Below are positions 1 to 8,367 of a DNA stretch of 64,000 bases, one piece after another. Location of the stretch: NCBI GenBank assembly GCA_902526565.1, contig CABZLP010000003.1, positions 8,394 to 72,393 on the forward strand. The letters are read 5' to 3'. This stretch comes from an uncultured Pelagibacteraceae bacterium (GTDB lineage: Bacteria > Pseudomonadota > Alphaproteobacteria > Pelagibacterales > AG-422-B15). A program made the position numbers and the translations under genes. Position 1 is the stretch's first letter; every line of letters starts with the position of its first letter. The notes under the pieces are model-generated. The model made no database searches. It had not been told where the DNA came from and saw only the letters and a program-made list of their open reading frames with translations.

Positions 1-37
1 CTGTATCCTCAACAGCCTCAGTTTTTTTATCATTCAT
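1..37 (-). CDS. 5' end of an unidentified gene running off the left edge (partial)
   Basis: The reverse complement of 35-37 is ATG and opens a minus-strand frame, MNDKKTEAVEDT..., that stays open to position 1. A second ATG (rc of 31-33) in another frame is also open, so the frame is ambiguous. Confidence 0.2.
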   Translation of the reverse strand, partial: MNDKKTEAVEDT

Positions 38-136
38 AATACTTAATTTAATCTTAAATCTTGAGTTATCAAAGCATGAAAAATAGTGGGAAACAAATGG
101 GGTTTCTGTTATACAGAGAAATAATGCTTCTTACAC

Positions 137-793
137 ATGTCGGTTAAAATATCACCTTCGATACTAGCATCTGATTTTTCATCATTGGGCGAGGAAGTCG
201 TCAACATCACTAAAGCAGGTGCTGACTATATTCATGTTGATGTCATGGATGGACACTTTGTGCCAAACTTAACCATTGGACCTGACATTGTAAAATCAAT
301 CAGAGATAAATCATCACTGCCTTTTGATGTTCATTTAATGATTGATCCTGTTCAACCATACATTGAAAAGTTTGTCGAAGCGGGAGCTGATATTGTATCC
401 GTTCACCCTGAAGCCAATGACGATACGCAAGCCTGTATTGATAAAATAAAATCATTAAACGTGAAAGCGGGACTTGCAATTAATCCTGATACGGAATGGG
501 AAGTAGTGAAACCGTTTATGGATCAGTTGGATCTTATTTTAGTGATGAGTGTGCATCCAGGTTTTGGTGGACAAAAATTTATTCCAACTGCACTTGATAA
601 GCTTGAGAAGCTTCGAAAAGAAATCGATCAATCGGGTAGGGAAATTGATTTAGAAATTGATGGCGGAATCAATTTTGAAAATATTCAATCAGTCATTGAC
701 GCTGGAGCAAACATGATTGTGGCAGGCACCACGACATTCAAAGGTGGTCCAGGTGAATACGCAAATAACATTGAAAAATTAAGAGGCCATTAA
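137..793 (+). CDS. rpe: ribulose-phosphate 3-epimerase
   Basis: 218-aa ORF with the family motifs HVDVMDGHFVPN, MSVHPGFGGQKF and EIDGGI. Confidence 0.95.
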   Translation: MSVKISPSILASDFSSLGEEVVNITKAGADYIHVDVMDGHFVPNLTIGPDIVKSIRDKSSLPFDVHLMIDPVQPYIEKFVEAGADIVSVHPEANDDTQACIDKIKSLNVKAGLAINPDTEWEVVKPFMDQLDLILVMSVHPGFGGQKFIPTALDKLEKLRKEIDQSGREIDLEIDGGINFENIQSVIDAGANMIVAGTTTFKGGPGEYANNIEKLRGH

Positions 794-794
794 A

Positions 795-2360
795 TTGGAC
801 GTCAAAATAAAAACGGCACTGATATCTGTTTCAGATAAATCAGGTTTAGAAAACATTGTTCGCTCACTAGAAGAACATGGAGTGAGAATAATTTCAACCG
901 GTGGTACTGCAAAAGCTATTGCTGAAATGGGTGTGGACGTCATGGATGTCTCCACACTAACAAGTTTTCCAGAAATGATGGACGGACGTGTGAAGACATT
1001 ACATCCCAATGTTCATGGAGGATTACTTGCTAAAAGAGATGATAAAGACCATGTTCAGTCTCAAAAAGAACATGGCATTGAAGATATTGATTTGATCGTT
1101 GTTAATCTTTATCCCTTTGAAGAAACTATAAATACTCAAGAAAATGAGGACATTTGCATCGAAAACATAGACATTGGCGGACCCGCGATGTTGCGCTCGG
1201 CTGCAAAGAATCACAAATTTGTAACAGTGGTTACTGACGTAGACGACTACTCAGATGTGATCAACGAGATGAAGGAAAACAAAGGATCAACAACTTTAGA
1301 CTTTAGAAAAAAGTTAGCTGCTAAGACATTTTCAATGACAGCTTATTATGATTCTATGATCAGCAATTGGTTTCATCGAGATCAAAGTGATCAGGTTAAT
1401 AATTTTTCATCAGCAGGTAAATTGTCATCTAAACTTCGCTACGGTGAAAACCCACACCAATCAGCTGGACTTTACAAATCATCACAACACCAATCAGGTA
1501 TTCCTTATGCAATATTACTGCAAGGAAAAGAACTGAGTTATAATAACATTAATGACTCTGATGCTGCTCTGCAATTAATCAAAGAATTTGATAAAAATAC
1601 TCCAAGTGTAGCTATTATAAAACATGCTAATCCTTGCGGTGTTGCTAGTGGTGCATCGCTGTGTGAAGCGTATACAAAAGCGTTCTCGTGCGACACAACC
1701 AGTGCATTTGGAGGTATCATTGCACTAAATCAAAAAATTGATAAGGATACGGCATCTGAGATTATAAAAATATTCACTGAAGTAATTATTGCGCCAGATG
1801 TTAGCGATGAAGCTAAAGAAATTTTTAGATCAAAAAGTAATTTGAGGATCTTAATTTTGTCGTCTTTACACGAACACAATAATTCTCATAACTATAAAAG
1901 TATTGAAGGTGGAATTCTGGTTCAATCAAATGACAATGAAGATACGTCTGAGTCTGATCTAAAAATAGTTACAGAAAAAAAACCAACTGAAAGTCAAATT
2001 GAAGATATGTTGTTCGCCTTCAAAGTATGTAAGCATGTAAAATCAAACGCAATTATTTATGTCAAAAATAAAAAAACAATTGGTATTGGTGCAGGCCAAA
2101 TGAGTCGTGTGGACAGCGCAAAGATCGCCTCACAAAAAAATAGTGAGATGGAAAATATAGGGGAAAATTCGCTTAAAGACTCCGTTGTGGCCTCTGATGC
2201 TTTCTTTCCATTTTCAGATGGGCTTCTAGTAACAGTTTCTTCTGGAGCAACAGCTGTTATTCAACCGGGTGGGTCTGTTAAGGATGATGAAGTCATTGAG
2301 GCTGCTAATAACGCAGGTATTTCAATGGCATTTACTGGAATTCGACATTTTAGACATTAA
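795..2360 (+). CDS. purH: bifunctional AICAR transformylase / IMP cyclohydrolase
   Basis: 521 aa. N-terminal MGS-like part (ALISVSDKSGL, STGGTAK) and C-terminal AICARFT part (IIKHANPCGVA, QPGGSVKDDEVI). Confidence 0.95.
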   Translation: MDVKIKTALISVSDKSGLENIVRSLEEHGVRIISTGGTAKAIAEMGVDVMDVSTLTSFPEMMDGRVKTLHPNVHGGLLAKRDDKDHVQSQKEHGIEDIDLIVVNLYPFEETINTQENEDICIENIDIGGPAMLRSAAKNHKFVTVVTDVDDYSDVINEMKENKGSTTLDFRKKLAAKTFSMTAYYDSMISNWFHRDQSDQVNNFSSAGKLSSKLRYGENPHQSAGLYKSSQHQSGIPYAILLQGKELSYNNINDSDAALQLIKEFDKNTPSVAIIKHANPCGVASGASLCEAYTKAFSCDTTSAFGGIIALNQKIDKDTASEIIKIFTEVIIAPDVSDEAKEIFRSKSNLRILILSSLHEHNNSHNYKSIEGGILVQSNDNEDTSESDLKIVTEKKPTESQIEDMLFAFKVCKHVKSNAIIYVKNKKTIGIGAGQMSRVDSAKIASQKNSEMENIGENSLKDSVVASDAFFPFSDGLLVTVSSGATAVIQPGGSVKDDEVIEAANNAGISMAFTGIRHFRH

Positions 2361-2854
2361 TATTTCAGTCGTTTTTTTATAATTCCGTAACTCAAGACAA
2401 AGATTGTGATTGTGATTACAATCCACTTAGCTGAAGTGGTCATGCTGGATAGATAAACATGAGTCTCATTAATATTTGGAAAATTCAAATTTAGTCGCGT
2501 AATTTGAAGATTTTCTAAAATATCAAAACTAAAGGCTGTGATAGGTAAAAATAGTAATGTCTTAAAATTCTTAAAGAGCTTGATGTATGCGCCGAGAATT
2601 AATGATGTGTATAGAATAGGATAGAGTGTATCCAGTATAAGCGCAGATAACACATAGACGCTGCGACCATCAGGACCTATTGAGTTAAAATTCTCAATAA
2701 CTTTAGCTTCATTATAAAAAGGTTCAAGATCAAGCATGTTCCAGAAAATATTGTGAGGCAGTAGAAAAAAAATTAGACCGCAAATATTCAGTAAAACGAA
2801 TATTATAATTTGAGATTTGGTTAGAGAAACTAAATTAAGATATCTCCTGATCAT
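2357..2854 (-). CDS. hypothetical small integral membrane protein
   Basis: 165 aa with several hydrophobic segments. Its start overlaps the stop of the upstream MFS gene (ATGA at 2851-2854). I recognise no family. Confidence 0.5.
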   Translation of the reverse strand: MIRRYLNLVSLTKSQIIIFVLLNICGLIFFLLPHNIFWNMLDLEPFYNEAKVIENFNSIGPDGRSVYVLSALILDTLYPILYTSLILGAYIKLFKNFKTLLFLPITAFSFDILENLQITRLNLNFPNINETHVYLSSMTTSAKWIVITITIFVLSYGIIKKRLKY

Positions 2855-4212
2855 TTTTCTGAGACAAAATACATCCCTATAATTCCAACTAAATTAAAAA
2901 ATACAATTGAAATCATCGCATACTGCAGACTTCCTGTAAAAGCTAGAATTATAGACATAAGTCCTGGCACTAACCATGCTGTTGACTTCCCTGCAAATGC
3001 ATAAAGCCCAAAAAATTCTGTCATCTTTTCTTGAGGGGAAAGCTTAACCATTAATGCCCGTGAAGCAGTTTGTGCAGGGCCATAAAAAATTGAGATACCA
3101 ATAACCACAAAAATATAAGTAATCTGACTTGTAGAATTAAATATTCCAAATGTTAGTTCCTCTACGCTTGCTGAATACTCGTTGACAGTAAAGAAATAAA
3201 ATATTGTGTCTTTATCAATTGATAGACCTAAAACTCCAGAAACGAGTAACCCCCAAAGTGATAAATTGATCACATTTTTCGAACCAATTGCATCATTCAG
3301 GTAGCCTCCATAAATTGAACTAGGTCCTGACAATACGTTTAAAATAATACCAAGTATTAAGACCTGCGTTAGTGACATTCCAACAACAAGACTTGCATAA
3401 ACACCGCCAACAACAAACAAAGCATTAAGAGCGTCCTGGTAAAACATGCGTGTGATCAAGAAAGTAAAAATATTTTTATATTTTCTTGCTTCTTTAAATG
3501 TATTGATAAAATTATTTAGTCCAATTTTAATTGAATTAATTGTGGTGATCTGATTTTTTTTACTATCCGGTGTAAATATAAAAAGAGGAATAATAAAAAC
3601 CGCATACCATATTGCACAAAGAGGTCCTACAATTCTAATATGTTCATATTCACTGGTATTCAAGCCGTATAAATTTTCAGTTTCACCGCCTGGCCAAACA
3701 AATACTAATAAGAATAAAATTAATGCAATTAAACCCGCTATATAGCCAACTCCATAGCCCATCCCGCTTAACCAGCCAGAGTTTTCAGGTGTTTCAATTG
3801 TTGCTAATGCAGAGTTATTAAAAACCTCAGAAAAACCAACCATTGCAGACGCAAGGATTAAGCCAAACATTACAATCCAAATTCCATCTGGAGCGCCAGG
3901 AGGAGAATACCATAGCAATGCCATCCCAAGCACAAAGAATGCTGATGTTATTCCCATTAATATTTTTCGGCCACCTTTTATATCTGTTATGGATCCAAGA
4001 ATAGGACTTAATAAAGCAATCGCTATACCAGAAATAGTTTGTGTGAGAGTTAATTTTTGAGCACCATCTTCTCCAACAATAAAAACATCTGTAAAGTAAA
4101 CTGAAAAAACAAATGTCATGATCAATGTATAAAAAGGTTGATTTGCCCAATCGAACATAGTCCATGAATATCGACCTAATCGAGATGCTCTCATAATCGA
4201 TACTCTACACAA
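2851..4212 (-). CDS. MFS transporter (UMF1/Atg22-like)
   Basis: 453 aa with about 12 hydrophobic helices. The N-terminal WTMFDWANQPFYTLI resembles the conserved start of UMF1-family MFS permeases. Confidence 0.7.
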   Translation of the reverse strand: MCRVSIMRASRLGRYSWTMFDWANQPFYTLIMTFVFSVYFTDVFIVGEDGAQKLTLTQTISGIAIALLSPILGSITDIKGGRKILMGITSAFFVLGMALLWYSPPGAPDGIWIVMFGLILASAMVGFSEVFNNSALATIETPENSGWLSGMGYGVGYIAGLIALILFLLVFVWPGGETENLYGLNTSEYEHIRIVGPLCAIWYAVFIIPLFIFTPDSKKNQITTINSIKIGLNNFINTFKEARKYKNIFTFLITRMFYQDALNALFVVGGVYASLVVGMSLTQVLILGIILNVLSGPSSIYGGYLNDAIGSKNVINLSLWGLLVSGVLGLSIDKDTIFYFFTVNEYSASVEELTFGIFNSTSQITYIFVVIGISIFYGPAQTASRALMVKLSPQEKMTEFFGLYAFAGKSTAWLVPGLMSIILAFTGSLQYAMISIVFFNLVGIIGMYFVSEK

Positions 4213-4238
4213 TTAAAATGACTATGTATGTGAAATTA

Positions 4239-5000
4239 TTATTTGGGCAAAAAAATAAAATTATTATTTTTTATAGAAAGGGCATCAACTAGAGGTTTTA
4301 TCTCATATCCTTCATTTACGTAAAAGCAATCATACCCTAAGTCTTTTATTTCCGAGATAATTGAGCTTGGATTCATTCCGGTGTACTGTTCTTCAATCTC
4401 AATTAGTAAAACAGGCTTATTACTTTTTAAAAAGTTATTTGCTCCACGAATTACATCTAATTCATGACCCTCAACATCAATTTTAACGAAACCAACCTTA
4501 TGATTAAAATTATATTCATCTAAAGTTATTTTTTTTATATTTTTAATTTTATGAAATTTATGTTTTCTTAAATCATTTTTATTATGAATCGTAGCAGTAC
4601 CCAGTTGGTATTTTTGCTCGACATCATAATCAGCTTCAACATCTCTAATGGGAATTCTAAGATCTGTATAACCACTGGAAGAAGAGATTGCTAAATTTTC
4701 AATTTTAACATTTTTTTTATTTTTAAATGCTAAAAGAAGTCTGGAATACAATAATGAATTGGCCTCAAAAGCATACACAAATTGGGATAAATTAGCTAAA
4801 TGAAATGCGTAAACTCCTCTATAAACTCCAATATCTATTGAAGCTTTGGATTTATCTACTAAATCTTTAAGGACACTTATTTCTCTCTCACCTTTTTTTA
4901 AATACCTCATCGCTCTTCGCTTAAGTAAGAATGAATCCGAGAGCCTAATTAGTTTTTTTAGAAAGAATTCAGTTTTTTTTGGATTAAAAAATTTTGGCAT
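4239..5000 (-). CDS. FkbM-family SAM-dependent methyltransferase
   Basis: 253 aa. Has the glycine-rich motif I, SIDIGVYRGVYAF, and the FkbM-type motif FVKIDVEGHELDVIRGA...LLIEIE. The annotated ATG is only 8 nt downstream of the tRNA-Gly 3' end. A later start at M31 is possible. Confidence 0.8.
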   Translation of the reverse strand: MPKFFNPKKTEFFLKKLIRLSDSFLLKRRAMRYLKKGEREISVLKDLVDKSKASIDIGVYRGVYAFHLANLSQFVYAFEANSLLYSRLLLAFKNKKNVKIENLAISSSSGYTDLRIPIRDVEADYDVEQKYQLGTATIHNKNDLRKHKFHKIKNIKKITLDEYNFNHKVGFVKIDVEGHELDVIRGANNFLKSNKPVLLIEIEEQYTGMNPSSIISEIKDLGYDCFYVNEGYEIKPLVDALSIKNNNFIFLPK

Positions 5001-5008
5001 TTCATCGT

Positions 5009-5083
5009 TGGAGCGAGTGAAGGGAGTCGAACCCTCGACCTAAACGTTGGCAACGTTTCGCTCTACCACTGAGCTACACTCGC
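5009..5083 (-). tRNA. tRNA-Gly (anticodon GCC), CCA encoded
   Basis: The reverse complement folds by hand into a cloverleaf: acceptor GCGAGTG/CACTCGC, D arm GCTC-AGTGGTA-GAGC, anticodon stem AAACG/CGTTT with loop TTGCCAA, variable AGGTC, T arm GAGGG-TTCGACT-CCCTT, discriminator T, CCA. Length 75 nt. Confidence 0.9.
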
Positions 5084-5218
5084 ATGTTAAAAACTGCCAA
5101 GAACTTTTTGGCAACTGTTAAACTAAAAGGTTTACAGTAAAACATATCGAATAACATTAAAATTTTAAGCAATTTTTGTAAATTACGTTTTAGACTAAAA
5201 ATGCTTATTTTGGTACAT

Positions 5219-6084
5219 TTATATTAATTTAATTTGTGTATTTAGTTCAAAAATATAATTAATTGATTGACCCTCTTCATACACTTTTTTCTTTGATACT
5301 ATTTGGTAATTAAATTTGTGAAGAAGATCGATGCATTCCTTCTCAATTTCAGTGCCACTCTCTATTTCAATAAGTAATGAATGACATATTTTATTTTTTA
5401 AAGTTTCTTTCATTCCACTAAGAACTAGTAATTCATTACCATCAACATCAATTTTTATATATCTAGGTTTAAAATTTAAATCATTTATAAAATTATCTAC
5501 CGTAGCACCAAAAGAACCTTGTTTAATAAAATTAGATTTTTTTAAAATCTCATTTTGATTTTGAAAGTTATGTCCTGACTTACCCCAATTTAGCTCAGAA
5601 AGTTGTAGAACATCAAATTTATTTTGATCATTAAAACATATTGGGAAAGCAATAACGTTATCATTAAATAAATTGTCTGAAATATTTAAATTTAATAAAG
5701 CAAAGTTTAAAGACTCTGGCTCAACAGCTATTACGTTATGACCAAGTCTGCCAGCATAAAGTGAAAATATTCCAACATTTGCTCCAATGTCTAAAAAAAT
5801 GAGTTGGGTTCAAAATTAGAAATCCACTCAACAGTGTCGGGTTCTTTTGTATAAAAATTTAATCCTCTTGATTTTGTATTTCCACCAAAGCTTCTCAATG
5901 AAAATAATTTTTTCTTTTCACTGTCTGTTACACTATATCTTGAGTATTTCAGAAATAATTCAGTAATGCCTCTTTTTTTAGGATCGTAAAATAACCTAAA
6001 AATAAGCAATATTAAGAAGTGTAATTTTCCTTTTGGTTTATTATCCAATGTTAGATAATTACGAAAAAATTTATATAGCTTCAT
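5219..6084 (-). pseudogene. FkbM-family methyltransferase interrupted by a 1-nt frameshift in a T7 run
   Basis: ORF 5791..6084 ends ...EWISNFEPNSFF*. A second frame, open from 5809 down to 5219, continues LDIGANVGIFSLYAGRLGHNVIAVEPE...KIDVDGNELLVLSGMKETL...LLIEIE. Adding one T to the T7 run (A7 at 5793-5799 on the + strand) fuses both parts into a roughly 288-aa FkbM-type protein. Confidence 0.75.
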
Positions 6085-6331
6085 GATTTAAATATATACA
6101 AAAAGCCGTGAGTTAGTACTCAATTTTAAAAGAATTTTGTATTACTATTTAATTTTATTTTAACTTATTTTTTATAAATTTAAATTAACACTTCTTTCAC
6201 TGTTTATTTTTTTATATGCACATACACACAATAAAACTTGTGTAAATGATACAAATAAAAAATGGCTTAAAAAATTGACGGTGAGATTAACAGTTGTTTA
6301 ATATATGGCAGTTTGTATTTACAACTTAATT

Positions 6332-6370
6332 TTGTCAACGTTTCGCTCTACCACTGAGGTACACTCGCAT
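6332..6370 (-). repeat. degenerate copy of the 5' half of tRNA-Gly(GCC) (direct repeat of 5047-5085)
   Basis: 39 nt match 5047-5085 with 2 mismatches. The match covers tRNA nt 1-37 (acceptor 5' strand, D arm, anticodon stem 5' strand and the whole anticodon loop) plus 2 upstream nt. The mismatches fall in the D stem (G10 to C) and the anticodon (GCC to GAC). Similarity stops exactly after the anticodon loop. Confidence 0.8.
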
Positions 6371-6458
6371 TATTTATTGCTTTTAAAGGAAAAAGCCTTG
6401 TTTTTCTTGATAAGCAGATTATTTATATATTCAATAATATAGTATATCATTAATACAA

Positions 6459-7106
6459 ATGAACAGAATTTCAGATATTGAACTTTTACCAAAGAAAGTG
6501 CCAATTTTTCCTTTAACTGGTGCAGTATTATTTCCAAGCACCCAATTACCACTTAATATTTTTGAGCCTAGGTATGTACAGATGATTGATGATGCTTTGG
6601 CATCGCCAGGACGTTCAATAGGAATGATACAGCCTAATAAACCTGGTGAGAAATCACTTAAAAAAGTTGGATGCTTGGGAAGAATATCAACATTTAATGA
6701 AGCTGAAGATAACCGATATTTGATAACTCTTTCAGGAACAGTAAGATTTGAAGTTGCTGAGGAGTTAAATACAACAACTCCTTATCGACAAATAATACCT
6801 AGTTATAAAAACTTTGAATCGGACCTTGCACCTCAAGTTGTCGACTCAATTGATCGGTCGAAACTTTTAGCGCTTGTAAAAAGGTACCTTGAAAATAGAA
6901 AAATAATGGCTGACTGGGAAATCATAAAAGACACTCCTACGGAACAACTCATAAACTATTCTGGAATACTTGTACCTTTTACTTCAGAAGAGAAACAGCT
7001 ACTTCTTGAGTCTAAAACAATTATCACGAGAAGTCATGTCTTAGAGGCTCTTTATCAATCATATATATTTGACTCAGCTAGCGAGAAAAGTGATCAGCTA
7101 CACTAA
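6459..7106 (+). CDS. LON peptidase N-terminal (substrate-binding) domain protein
   Basis: 215 aa. Has the characteristic start of the Lon N domain, VPIFPLTGAVLFPSTQLPLNIFEPRY. No ATPase or protease part. Confidence 0.8.
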   Translation: MNRISDIELLPKKVPIFPLTGAVLFPSTQLPLNIFEPRYVQMIDDALASPGRSIGMIQPNKPGEKSLKKVGCLGRISTFNEAEDNRYLITLSGTVRFEVAEELNTTTPYRQIIPSYKNFESDLAPQVVDSIDRSKLLALVKRYLENRKIMADWEIIKDTPTEQLINYSGILVPFTSEEKQLLLESKTIITRSHVLEALYQSYIFDSASEKSDQLH

Positions 7107-8260
7107 AGCGAATTAAAATGATCACCTCCTGTTGCACTTTTAACTATTTTCTTTTTCACAAATTTACTATTTTCTAAAATTTTGATACCTAAACTAACCA
7201 CTCCAGAAACTAGATTGTTCTCTGCAGATAAAAGTTTATCCAATGTTAATGTGCCAAAAGAATAAGCGGCATTATCTATTTTTCTAATTTGATCGTATTC
7301 TTTGAAAGCCATAACATTGTTTATTTCATAACCTAAAGATTTATATTTTAAGATAACCTCTACAAACAGAGAAATATCTTTGATACTCAAATTCAACCCT
7401 TGTCCTGCTATTGGATGTATATTATGAGCGATATTCCCCATAATAATGGTATTTCTATTAAATAGTTTTTTTGCAAATTTAAAATTCAGTTTATGACTTT
7501 CGATATCTTCAATTTTAAAATGACCAATGTCAGAATTCAGATATTCATTTACTTTATTTACCAATCTCGTTTGCTCGATAAGCTCCTTTGAGTCATTTTT
7601 TAATGACCAAACTAAAGATGCTCGATTTTTTGTATATGGTAAAAAAGCTAGGGGACCACTGGGAGTAAAAAACTGAAACGCATGATTTTGTTTTTTAAAA
7701 TCACCAGTTACATTCATTGAAAGAGCTGTTTGGTGGAAATTATGGGAAATAAATTTGATTTTTGTATCTTCTAGTAAATTTAGGTCATCTTGAGTTAAAA
7801 TTAAGGCTTTTGAGAATATTAGTTTTTTTTGATCTATCTCTATACACACTTTATTAGAATCAATTTTATTTCTTTTTAATTGAGTTATATTTATGATTTC
7901 AATATTCTTATTATTTTTAATATTTAGGTCTAATAGATTATGAATAATTTTATTAGGCACAATTTTTCCCAATAAATGGTTTAAATCATTATCAAATGTA
8001 ATACTTGATCGTTTATCAGCCCTCACTAATTTACATGTAATTTTTTTTATATCAGAAAATTCATTTAGTGCTGTCGGATCATTTAAAATACTACATAAAT
8101 AGTTTACTGATCCTGTAGAGAGGAATGTGACTAAATTTGAAACACTCCGTTGATTTGGCCTGTTTTTAATAAAACAGACCTTAATGTCATTCCTAGCAAG
8201 CGCTATAGCTGCGATTTCTGCAGACATACCCCCACCGTATATGACAAAATCATAATTCAT
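7103..8260 (-). CDS. UbiH/UbiF/COQ6-family FAD-dependent monooxygenase
   Basis: 385 aa. N-terminal dinucleotide fold DFVIYGGGMSAEIAAIALA and the family motif GNIAHNIHPIAGQGLNLSIKD. Confidence 0.85.
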   Translation of the reverse strand: MNYDFVIYGGGMSAEIAAIALARNDIKVCFIKNRPNQRSVSNLVTFLSTGSVNYLCSILNDPTALNEFSDIKKITCKLVRADKRSSITFDNDLNHLLGKIVPNKIIHNLLDLNIKNNKNIEIINITQLKRNKIDSNKVCIEIDQKKLIFSKALILTQDDLNLLEDTKIKFISHNFHQTALSMNVTGDFKKQNHAFQFFTPSGPLAFLPYTKNRASLVWSLKNDSKELIEQTRLVNKVNEYLNSDIGHFKIEDIESHKLNFKFAKKLFNRNTIIMGNIAHNIHPIAGQGLNLSIKDISLFVEVILKYKSLGYEINNVMAFKEYDQIRKIDNAAYSFGTLTLDKLLSAENNLVSGVVSLGIKILENSKFVKKKIVKSATGGDHFNSL

Positions 8261-8367
8261 TTTTTTAAAGAAATTATTTTATCCTTATATTATTTAAGAA
8301 GTTATATAATGACTACATGAATCAATTGCCAACAGAAAATATTAATTATTTTTAAAGGATGTAAAGT

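Noticed and set aside
5095-5113. Hairpin TGCCAA-GAACTTT-TTGGCA followed (on the minus strand) by GTTTTT, between the FkbM pseudogene and the tRNA. It could be a terminator, or the -35/-10 region of the tRNA.
   Set aside because: The stem is only 6 bp and half of it is A/T. A promoter reading (TTGCCA-N17-TTTAAC) would place the TSS inside the mature tRNA. Neither interpretation is supportable by eye.
5112-6296. 10-nt inverted match CAACTGTTAA (5112-5121) / TTAACAGTTG (6287-6296) near both ends of the tRNA-flanked islet. These could be terminal inverted repeats.
   Set aside because: The match does not extend beyond 10-11 nt and lies at unequal distances from the repeat boundaries. A chance match in AT-rich DNA cannot be excluded.
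6370-6552. 60-aa minus-strand ORF, plus a ~49-aa plus-strand ORF from 6306, spanning the tRNA remnant and the start of the Lon-N gene.
   Set aside because: They overlap the tRNA-derived repeat and the 5' end of a better gene. The peptides are low-complexity, with no supporting signals.
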